The translations under genes were made by a program, and so were the position numbers. A stretch of DNA of 44,581 nt from Escherichia phage vB_EcoS-K1_SXAU_B4. Below, in pieces: positions 25,485 to 32,527 of the stretch (position 1 is its first letter; each line of letters opens with the position of its first letter). Under the pieces are notes generated by a model. It had not been told where the DNA came from. It saw only the letters and a program-made list of their open reading frames with translations, and did not search any database. The stretch lies in the sequence record OQ696342.1, one strand, 5' to 3'.

Positions 25485-26111
25485 ATGGGACTGAAATTAA
25501 ATCTGCGTAAAGTAAACACTGCATGGGTTAACGTATTCGAACGCGAAAAAGACCGTGAAAACGATGATGGCTCAATCACTAAAGGTCAGTACAGCGCAAC
25601 TATCATCCTGCCGTCCAACCATGCTCAAATCGACGCGCTCTACGATACCGTCTACGCTGTAGTTGAAGAAGCATTAGGCGCAGCCGCTGCCGAGAAGTGG
25701 ATGAAGTCCAACTACGGCGAAGGTAAGCACATGGATAAATGCGCGATTAAAGACATTGCTGAGCGCGACAATCCGTTCGAAGACTTCCCGGAAGGCTTCT
25801 ACTTCAAAGCGAAGGCACAGAAACAGCCACTGATTGTAACCTCTAAAAAAGGCGAGACTCAGGTAGAGCAGGACTTCAACGTAGATGGCGAACAGATTGA
25901 AGGCGAACAGGTTTACAGCGGCTGCGTAGCTAACGTAAGCGTCGAAATCTGGTTCAGCCAGAAATACAAAGTCCTCGGCGTTAACCTGCTGGCAATTAAA
26001 TACGTTGGCGAAGGTAAAGCGTTCGGCGGTTCTAAAGTCGCTGCAAGCGTCAATGACCTGGAAGACGACGAAGAAGATGAAGCACCGCGCCGCGAACGTC
26101 GTCGCCGCTAA
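25485..26111 (+). CDS. Single-stranded DNA-binding protein (DUF2815-like)
   Basis: 208 aa with an acidic C-terminal tail (DLEDDEEDEAPRRERRRR); conserved position next to the DUF2800-like nuclease and Pol A. Confidence 0.65.
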   Translation: MGLKLNLRKVNTAWVNVFEREKDRENDDGSITKGQYSATIILPSNHAQIDALYDTVYAVVEEALGAAAAEKWMKSNYGEGKHMDKCAIKDIAERDNPFEDFPEGFYFKAKAQKQPLIVTSKKGETQVEQDFNVDGEQIEGEQVYSGCVANVSVEIWFSQKYKVLGVNLLAIKYVGEGKAFGGSKVAASVNDLEDDEEDEAPRRERRRR

Positions 26112-26131
26112 TATCTGAATCAATTTAACTA

Positions 26132-26154
26132 AGGCCCTTCATTGGGCCTTTTTA
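26132..26154 (+). terminator. Rho-independent terminator (aaggccc-ttcatt-gggcctt + TTTTT)
   Basis: GC stem followed by a T-run between the SSB and polymerase genes. Confidence 0.65.
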
Positions 26155-26170
26155 CTAAGGGTCGAAAATA

Positions 26171-29100
26171 ATGAGTTACCTGTTCTTAGACTTTGAAACA
26201 TTCTCCGAAGCCGATTTAAAGAAAGTTGGCTCCTACGCTTACGCCGAACACCCGACTACAGAAGTGCTTATCTGTACCTATGCTTTTGATGACGAGCCTG
26301 TGCAGGTATGGGATTGCACCAACGGCAGCGACATGCCGGGGGATTTGCACCGCGCCTTGCGCCGCCTGGTTAAGCCAAACAGTCGCATCAAGATGGTGTG
26401 GCACAACGGCTCAATGTTCGATCGCCTAATCATGAAACACTGCTGGGGCTTTGATATTCCGGTAAGCAACACCATCGATACGATGATTTGGGCGTTTCGT
26501 CACGCGCTGCCTGGTTCACTTGATGCGTTGTGTGAAGTGCTGGGGGTATCTGCTGACAACGCGAAGGATAAACGCGGCAAGGCGCTGATTCAGCGTTTCT
26601 CTAAACCGACGCCGAAGAACTACAAAATACGCCGCTACACCGCCGAAACACACCCGGACGAGTGGGCGCTGTTCATCAAGTACGCTGTGAGCGACATCAC
26701 TGCGATGCGTGAAGTCTTCCATAAGCTGCCGCGTTGGGGTAACTCAGAGTTCGAGGACCGTGTACTGGAACTGGACCAGTTAATCAATGACCGTGGGTTT
26801 AAGGTTGACGTGGCACTGGCGGAAGCCGCGATTGAAGCCGTGGAGAAACACAAAGCGAAGTTACAGGAAGAAGCCCAACGCAAATACGGCGGCTCGCTTA
26901 CCGGTAAAGACTTCCTTCCTATTCTGCGTGAACTGGCCCCAGCGCACCGAATCCACAACGCGCAGAAGTCGACACTGAATGACCTGCTGGCGGATGATGA
27001 TTTACCTGACGACGCCCGCACTATTATCGAAATGCGCCTCGGGGCCGCGTCCACAGCGTCAACGAAATATACACCGCTGCTGCTGGGCCGCTCTTCGGAC
27101 GACCGCCGTCGTGGTTGCTTGCAGTACGGCGGGGCAAAACGCACTCTGCGATGGGCCGGTAAAGGCTTCCAGCCGCAGAACCTCGCGCGCGGGTACTATC
27201 ACGATGACGAACTGGATAAAGGCATTTCAGCGTTACTTAAGGGTCGTGCGCATCGCCGTTTCGATGTAGCCAAGCTAACGGCATCGACGGTTCGTAGCTG
27301 CATCATTCCGGAAGCAGGACATAAGTTTGTCGTCGCCGATTACTCGAACGTTGAAGGCCGGGGGCTTGCGTGGCTGGCGGGTGAAGAAACCGCGCTTGAT
27401 ACTTTCCGCGCCGGGTTGGATATTTATTGCGTAACCGCAGGTAAGATGTTTGGCATGGACCCAGACGACATTAAGAAAGAACGTAAAGACTTGCGCCAGA
27501 TTGGTAAAGCCTGCCTTCACCGCCATACCCAAGTTTTGACCGATGGCGGATTTAAGGATATTATGGCGGTCACATCGACAGATAAAGTATGGAGTGGTGA
27601 AAAATGGGTGAATACAAAAGGCGCGCACCTTATGGGGTGGAAACCGGTAATAAATGTGGACGGGGTGCTAATGACCGAAGACCACAAAATCTTGGCGCAT
27701 TCCTGGAAGCAGGCAAAGCAACTCGCTTCAAACAGATATATGATGGGCCTCGCCCTGGAGAGAGGTATGGACGCTTGGTTATCCTGCGCGAGTTACCAAA
27801 ACGACAAGGCCAAAGACAACTACTCGTCCAATGTGATTGCGGAGAGATGCCAGGGCGGGTCTATTATGACAACGTCAGAGCGGGTAAAACCACTCAATGC
27901 AACCGCTGCGCCCTTGAAGCAACAAAAAAATATCGTAAACAGTATTTCTGCTACGAAGACGCAATGCCGGATGATGCGCACAGAACGCGATTACTCAACC
28001 GGCTGTCAGCGGCGATCACGCGAACAACAAGCCCCAGGGATAAGGGTTATAAAAACTATGGGGCAAGAGGCATCACGGTATTCGACCAGTGGAGGACTGA
28101 TAAAAGGTCTTTTCTTAGATATGTTCAAACTCTGGAAGGCTGGGATGACCCGAACCTCGAAATGGATAGAATCGACACAGACGGTAACTACGAACCTGGA
28201 AACATTCGGTTTGTCAGCCGTTCTGAAAACTGCCGAAACAGACGGCAAATACCCGAGCTTCAACGAAAGTATGATGCAGCCGTTGCCCGCATTGCTGAAC
28301 TTGAGCGGGAAATTAACCTACTGCGAGCCGGTGTACGACCTGATTGATGTGGAAGACGGCAACCGTTTTCTTATAGCCTCAGACTCTGGCTTTCTTGTGG
28401 CGCATAACTGCGAGCTTGGCCTCGGCTACGAGGGTGGCGTCGGGGCGTTCGTTCAGTTTGCTAAAAACTTAGGTCTCGACCTTATTGAGATGGCAAAAAC
28501 AATGGACGGGACTTTCCCCGACCACATCTGGGCTGCTACCGCACGTGGGTATGAGTGGGCGCGTATTCAGGAAGCAAAGCGGCCACCACATCCAGGTGAA
28601 AAGGACGACCGACCATCGTATATTCTGGACAAGAAAGTGTGGCGCACATGTGACGCAATCAAGCGTATGTGGCGCGAGTCACACCCCGAAACAGTAGCGT
28701 TCTGGCGCGACCTTAAAGACGGAATTTTAGCCGCTGTTCGTAATCCTGGTCGTGAATTTTGGGCGGGAGCGCACTTGCGCGGGAATGGGGAAAGGGCTAT
28801 CCGCATATGGCGCACTGTAGAATTTGATTCATCCGGCAGGAAGGTTCCAGGTTGGTGGTTGTGTGTGGAGTTGCCGTCAGGCCGCATCCTCTCGTATCCG
28901 GGAATCGGCGTTAGTGTGACAAAGGAAACAGACGAAGACGGACGAGTAAACACGAATGTGCGAATCAAGTATCAGGGTGAAAACCAGTTAACCCGCCAAT
29001 GGACTACCCTGTACACCCACGGCGGCAAAGCCTGCGAAAACATTGTTCAGGCGCTGTGCCGTGATTTACTCGCATATGCAATGATTAATGTTGAGGGTGG

Positions 29101-29269
29101 CGGGTATCCCATCGTGCTTTCTGTACACGATGAACTGGTGTGCGAAACTCCAGACACACCGGAATACAATGTCGCAGAGCTTGAGCGGTTGATGTGCGCG
29201 TTGCCCGAGTGGGCAGAAGGCTTCCCTCTTGTAGCGGAAGGGCAGGAGTTAAAACGCTATGCTAAGTAA
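26171..29269 (+). CDS. Family A DNA polymerase (3'-5' exonuclease plus polymerase domains) interrupted by an in-frame intein at 27512..28408
   Basis: Exo motifs DFETFS, HNGSMFD, YAVSDI; Pol motif A VVADYSNVEGRGLAW; motif B RQIGKA|C...|CELGLGYEGG split by the intein; motif C SVHDELV. Confidence 0.9.
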   Translation: MSYLFLDFETFSEADLKKVGSYAYAEHPTTEVLICTYAFDDEPVQVWDCTNGSDMPGDLHRALRRLVKPNSRIKMVWHNGSMFDRLIMKHCWGFDIPVSNTIDTMIWAFRHALPGSLDALCEVLGVSADNAKDKRGKALIQRFSKPTPKNYKIRRYTAETHPDEWALFIKYAVSDITAMREVFHKLPRWGNSEFEDRVLELDQLINDRGFKVDVALAEAAIEAVEKHKAKLQEEAQRKYGGSLTGKDFLPILRELAPAHRIHNAQKSTLNDLLADDDLPDDARTIIEMRLGAASTASTKYTPLLLGRSSDDRRRGCLQYGGAKRTLRWAGKGFQPQNLARGYYHDDELDKGISALLKGRAHRRFDVAKLTASTVRSCIIPEAGHKFVVADYSNVEGRGLAWLAGEETALDTFRAGLDIYCVTAGKMFGMDPDDIKKERKDLRQIGKACLHRHTQVLTDGGFKDIMAVTSTDKVWSGEKWVNTKGAHLMGWKPVINVDGVLMTEDHKILAHSWKQAKQLASNRYMMGLALERGMDAWLSCASYQNDKAKDNYSSNVIAERCQGGSIMTTSERVKPLNATAAPLKQQKNIVNSISATKTQCRMMRTERDYSTGCQRRSREQQAPGIRVIKTMGQEASRYSTSGGLIKGLFLDMFKLWKAGMTRTSKWIESTQTVTTNLETFGLSAVLKTAETDGKYPSFNESMMQPLPALLNLSGKLTYCEPVYDLIDVEDGNRFLIASDSGFLVAHNCELGLGYEGGVGAFVQFAKNLGLDLIEMAKTMDGTFPDHIWAATARGYEWARIQEAKRPPHPGEKDDRPSYILDKKVWRTCDAIKRMWRESHPETVAFWRDLKDGILAAVRNPGREFWAGAHLRGNGERAIRIWRTVEFDSSGRKVPGWWLCVELPSGRILSYPGIGVSVTKETDEDGRVNTNVRIKYQGENQLTRQWTTLYTHGGKACENIVQALCRDLLAYAMINVEGGGYPIVLSVHDELVCETPDTPEYNVAELERLMCALPEWAEGFPLVAEGQELKRYAK
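27512..28408 (+). mobile_element. Intein (299 codons) inserted in polymerase motif B
   Basis: Block A CLHRHTQVLTDGGFKDI, block B VLMTEDHKIL, blocks F/G VYDLIDVEDGNRFLIASDSGFLVAHN followed by Cys+1; the in-frame central part has no recognisable endonuclease motif. Confidence 0.8.
27604..28347 (+). CDS. HNH endonuclease (HNH_3-like) encoded in an alternative frame, nested entirely inside the intein
   Basis: Own RBS GGAG (27590..27593) and ATG 27604 just after an in-frame stop; Cys cluster CDCG...QCNRC and HNH core NYGARGITVFDQW...LEMDRIDTDGNYEPGNIRFVSRSENCRNRR. Confidence 0.7.
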   Translation: MGEYKRRAPYGVETGNKCGRGANDRRPQNLGAFLEAGKATRFKQIYDGPRPGERYGRLVILRELPKRQGQRQLLVQCDCGEMPGRVYYDNVRAGKTTQCNRCALEATKKYRKQYFCYEDAMPDDAHRTRLLNRLSAAITRTTSPRDKGYKNYGARGITVFDQWRTDKRSFLRYVQTLEGWDDPNLEMDRIDTDGNYEPGNIRFVSRSENCRNRRQIPELQRKYDAAVARIAELEREINLLRAGVRPD

Positions 29270-29390
29270 ACTGATTATCGCGATACTGGCGGGATTCGCC
29301 GCCGGTGTCTACTGTCACGAGGGTCAATACGGCATGATTGCCGCTGTATTGGGCATGTTCATCGCAATTTATCTGTGGGTGCTGGAATGA
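29259..29390 (+). CDS. Small membrane protein (43 aa)
   Basis: Manually found; overlaps the polymerase stop; hydrophobic MLSKLIIAILAGFAAGV...; below the ORF-track cutoff. Confidence 0.35.
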   Translation: MLSKLIIAILAGFAAGVYCHEGQYGMIAAVLGMFIAIYLWVLE

Positions 29391-29476
29391 AAATTTACTG
29401 GTTCTACGAAGAAGACTGCCGACTCTGCCCGCGCTGCGGTATTGAACATACGAAACGTGAGGGGTGCGTATTATGA
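29387..29476 (+). CDS. Small zinc-ribbon peptide (29 aa)
   Basis: ATGA coupling; DCRLCPRCG...C cysteines. Confidence 0.3.
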   Translation: MKIYWFYEEDCRLCPRCGIEHTKREGCVL

Positions 29477-29625
29477 CAATGTTTGTATTTTGGACGATAG
29501 CGACCATGCTCGCACTGTTACTTGGTGCAGGAATAGCTGCGATGTTCTGTTATGGCCTGTTCTTTAAGTTTGTCGGTGTTGCCGTTCTCAGTGGAGCTTT
29601 CCTTACTTGGATTCTGCGCTCATGA
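29473..29625 (+). CDS. Small membrane protein (50 aa)
   Basis: ATGA coupling on both ends; two hydrophobic segments. Confidence 0.35.
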   Translation: MTMFVFWTIATMLALLLGAGIAAMFCYGLFFKFVGVAVLSGAFLTWILRS

Positions 29626-29924
29626 CCCAGGAAGGCAAGATTCAGAAATACGCAAAAGAGCGATTCGAGGCCATCGGTGGCCTCGTTCGCAAATTGTCGT
29701 ACGAAAATAGAGCAGGCGCTCCTGACCTGCTGGTAATTCTCCACGGCGGCGTCATCTGGTTCGTCGAGGTTAAGAAAGACGAGAACACGAAGCCAGACCC
29801 ACACCAGTTACGGGAGCACGAGCGGATGCGTAAGCGTGGCGCAAATGTTTTTGTCGTCGGTTCGTTTAAACAGGTTGACGCCCTAATAGCAGACTATTAT
29901 AGTAGTCATACACCAACAATATAA
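29622..29924 (+). CDS. VRR-NUC domain nuclease
   Basis: GAPDLLVILHGGVIWFVEVKK matches the VRR-NUC PD-(D/E)xK pattern; start placed at ATG 29622 (ORF track begins at TTG 29607). Confidence 0.7.
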   Translation: MTQEGKIQKYAKERFEAIGGLVRKLSYENRAGAPDLLVILHGGVIWFVEVKKDENTKPDPHQLREHERMRKRGANVFVVGSFKQVDALIADYYSSHTPTI

Positions 29925-29935
29925 GGAATTGAGAA

Positions 29936-30127
29936 ATGAAACACGAATATGACCGCAAACCAGCCCGTGACATCGTACCTGGCGACATGATTTTCAACGT
30001 TAAGACCCGCCGCCCTGTTGCCGTTGATACAGTGTTTGTAGAGTCGAACGGTAAACTGGTTATCGAAGATGTAACTGGTAATGTTACAGCGTTCGGGCGT
30101 AAAGAGCTGGTGCTGGTGGCAAAATGA
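29936..30127 (+). CDS. Hypothetical protein
   Basis: 63 aa ORF. Confidence 0.45.
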   Translation: MKHEYDRKPARDIVPGDMIFNVKTRRPVAVDTVFVESNGKLVIEDVTGNVTAFGRKELVLVAK

Positions 30128-30904
30128 ACTATTACAACGAATGGGATAAGGGCGCAGCCGCGTGGCTGCGCGAATTAATAAAACAGGGCCACATACCTTT
30201 TGGAGTTGTAGATGAAAGAAGCATTACCGAAGTTAAGCCAGAAGACCTCGACGGGTTCACCCAGTGTCATTTTTTCGCTGGTATCGGCGGCTGGCCTCTC
30301 GCGCTCAGACTTGCGGGAGTTTCGGAAGACACGCCTTGCTGGACGGGAAGCCCGCCTTGCCAACCGTTTAGTGCGGCAGGAAAGCAACTCGGACAGTTCG
30401 ACCCTAGACACCTCGCGCCCGTATTCCTCGACCTCATCAGCGAGTGCCGCCCTCCAGTCCTCTTTGGGGAGCAGGTTGCGCCAGCAATTGCAAAATCGTG
30501 GATGTGCGATTTACAAACTCACCTGGAAGGAGAAGACTACGCCGTCGGGTTTGCTGTACTCCCAGCTTGTAGCGTCGGCGCACCGCACAAAAGAGAACGA
30601 CTGTTCTTTGGTGCGTACAACCTGGCCAACACCGACAGCGAACGACTACAGGGGGAGCGGAGAGACAGTGATTCGCAAGGACGGGAAGGACAGGACATTC
30701 GACAGGCTGGACTACTCGACGGAGCAGGGTCTGAAAATAATACAACCTATTCGCATCACGGCTTCTGGTCAGATGCTGACTGGCTCGGATGCCGGGATGG
30801 AAAATTCAGGCCGGTTGAACCCGGCACATTCCCGCTGGCTAATGGGATTCCCGCCAGAGTGTGACGATTGCGCGGTTACGGCAATGCCATCATCCCGCAA
30901 GTAG
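30124..30904 (+). pseudogene. DNA (cytosine-5)-methyltransferase with an apparent +1 frameshift near 30605..30625
   Basis: N-terminal motifs in the 30124 frame: FAGIGG (I), PCQPFS (IV), FGEQV (ENV-like, VI), PHKRERLFFG (VIII). C-terminal motifs WPTPTANDYRG and LNPAHSRWLMGFP sit in the +1 frame (ORF 30212..30904). Confidence 0.6.
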
Positions 30905-30940
30905 CCGCTGAATTCATAAAGGCGTTCATGGGGGCTGTAA

Positions 30941-32365
30941 ATGAGTAAGTTTCAAAGGCGCGAGTACCAGAAGCTCATGACCTCATTCATGTTGCGGCAC
31001 CATCGCTGTAATATTTGGGCAAGCATGGGTGCCGGGAAGACTGGCAGCGTACTGTGGGCTTTAAACCGCCTGTTCCGCAACGGGCAACTTACGGACGACG
31101 ACCGCGTGTTAATACTCGCCCCGCTGCGCGTTGCGTCCGGCACATGGCCAGCAGAACAAGAGAAATGGCAATTCCCGTGTCTGAATGTCGTAGATGCGAC
31201 AGGTTCGGAGAAACGCCGCATCGCGGCGCTGGAGTCAGACGCTAACGTTGTGTGCACGAACTACGAAGTTATTGAATGGCTGATTGATTACTACGGCAAA
31301 GACGACTGGCCTTTTACGGTTATTGTTGCCGACGAGAGCACGAAGCTAAAGTCATTCCGTAGCCGTTCGGGCGGTAGTAAGAGGGCAAAGGCTCTTAGCA
31401 AAGTGGCGTTCGGTAGGGTTAAGCGTTTCATCAACCTTACGGGTACGCCATCGCCAAACGGCCTCAAAGACTTGTGGGGGCAGAACTGGTTTATCGACGC
31501 CGGCGAGCGCCTCGGGTCTTCATACACGGCATTCACTGACCGCTGGTTTAACTCGGTACAGAAAGGCAAATCGGCTATGGCGCGGGAGTATCACGCCCGC
31601 CCTGGTGCGGATAATGAAATTCACCAGAAGATGAAGGACATTAGTCTCACGATTGACGCTGCCGAGTGGTTCGGTTGTGAAGCGCCGATTATCGTACCGG
31701 TTGAAATTGACCTGCCGAAGAAAGCGCGTCAGGCGTACATCGATATGGAGGAAAAGTTATTCGCGGAACTGGAGAGTGGAGAAGTTGAAGCGGCTAACGC
31801 GGCGGCGAAGACGTCGAAGTGCTTGCAGATTGCATCCGGCGCCGTGTATGTTTCGGGACCAGACGGCGAAGCAACGAAAGACTGGGAGAAAGTGCACGAC
31901 ACGAAACTTGATGCGCTTGAGTCCATTGTTGAGGAGTTACAAGGCGCACCGTTGCTGGTGGCCTATCAGTTTAAGCATGAACTGGAGCGCATCCTGAAAC
32001 GTTTCCCGCAGGCACAGTCGTTTGCCAAAGGTGCTAAGGGTAATAAGCAGATGGAAGCGTGGAACCGTGGTGAGATACCTATGCTTCTGATACACCCGGC
32101 CTCCGCGGGCCACGGGCTGTCGCTACAACACGGCGGGCATCACATGGCTTTTATGAGTCAGGGGTGGAACCTGGAGCATTATCTGCAGGTTATCGAGCGT
32201 ATAGGCCCAGTAAGGCAGATGCAATCCGGATACAAACGGTCTGTATTCATTTATCAAATAATAGCCCGAGATACTCTTGATGAAGTTGTTGCCGCGCGTA
32301 CCGACGAGAAAAAATCGGTACAGGAAGAGTTGCTTAATTACATGAAGAGACGAGGTAAGAAATGA
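30941..32365 (+). CDS. SF2 (SNF2/DEAD-like) helicase
   Basis: 474 aa; Walker A GAGKTG, DExx box VADESTKL, C-terminal helicase region. Confidence 0.8.
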   Translation: MSKFQRREYQKLMTSFMLRHHRCNIWASMGAGKTGSVLWALNRLFRNGQLTDDDRVLILAPLRVASGTWPAEQEKWQFPCLNVVDATGSEKRRIAALESDANVVCTNYEVIEWLIDYYGKDDWPFTVIVADESTKLKSFRSRSGGSKRAKALSKVAFGRVKRFINLTGTPSPNGLKDLWGQNWFIDAGERLGSSYTAFTDRWFNSVQKGKSAMAREYHARPGADNEIHQKMKDISLTIDAAEWFGCEAPIIVPVEIDLPKKARQAYIDMEEKLFAELESGEVEAANAAAKTSKCLQIASGAVYVSGPDGEATKDWEKVHDTKLDALESIVEELQGAPLLVAYQFKHELERILKRFPQAQSFAKGAKGNKQMEAWNRGEIPMLLIHPASAGHGLSLQHGGHHMAFMSQGWNLEHYLQVIERIGPVRQMQSGYKRSVFIYQIIARDTLDEVVAARTDEKKSVQEELLNYMKRRGKK

Positions 32366-32499
32366 ACATCATAGCCCCGATTCCAGCATTGCAAAAACGT
32401 ATCAAGGAACTAGAAGAAGAGGTTCTGCGCCTACGGCAGCAAAGAGACGCTGCTAACGCGCAACTGGCGTTTGTACTGGAGAAATTATCAGAAGAGTAG
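32362..32499 (+). CDS. Small coiled-coil protein (45 aa)
   Basis: Manually found; ATGA overlap with the helicase stop; MNIIAPIPALQKRIKELEEEVLRLRQQ. Confidence 0.3.
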   Translation: MNIIAPIPALQKRIKELEEEVLRLRQQRDAANAQLAFVLEKLSEE

Positions 32500-32503
32500 A
32501 GAA

Positions 32504-32523
32504 AAGGCCCCGTTTGGGGCCTT
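32504..32523. terminator. Bidirectional terminator hairpin (aaggcccc-gttt-ggggcctt)
   Basis: 8-bp GC stem between the convergent replication and tail modules. Confidence 0.6.
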
Positions 32524-32527
32524 AGTT

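Noticed and set aside
24871-25524. 217-aa minus-strand ORF
   Set aside because: Antisense to the PD-(D/E)xK exonuclease gene.
26635-27144. 169-aa minus-strand ORF
   Set aside because: Antisense to the DNA polymerase exonuclease domain.
27720-28320. In-frame central part of the intein as a degenerate LAGLIDADG or HNH endonuclease domain
   Set aside because: No LAGLIDADG or HNH motif is recognisable in the polymerase frame, whereas the alternative frame carries a complete HNH core with its own start.
30212-30904. 230-aa ORF as an independent gene
   Set aside because: Only its C-terminal third looks protein-like (MTase C-terminal motifs); the N-terminal two-thirds is low-complexity overlap with the MTase N-terminal frame, so it is better explained as the downstream half of a frameshifted methyltransferase.
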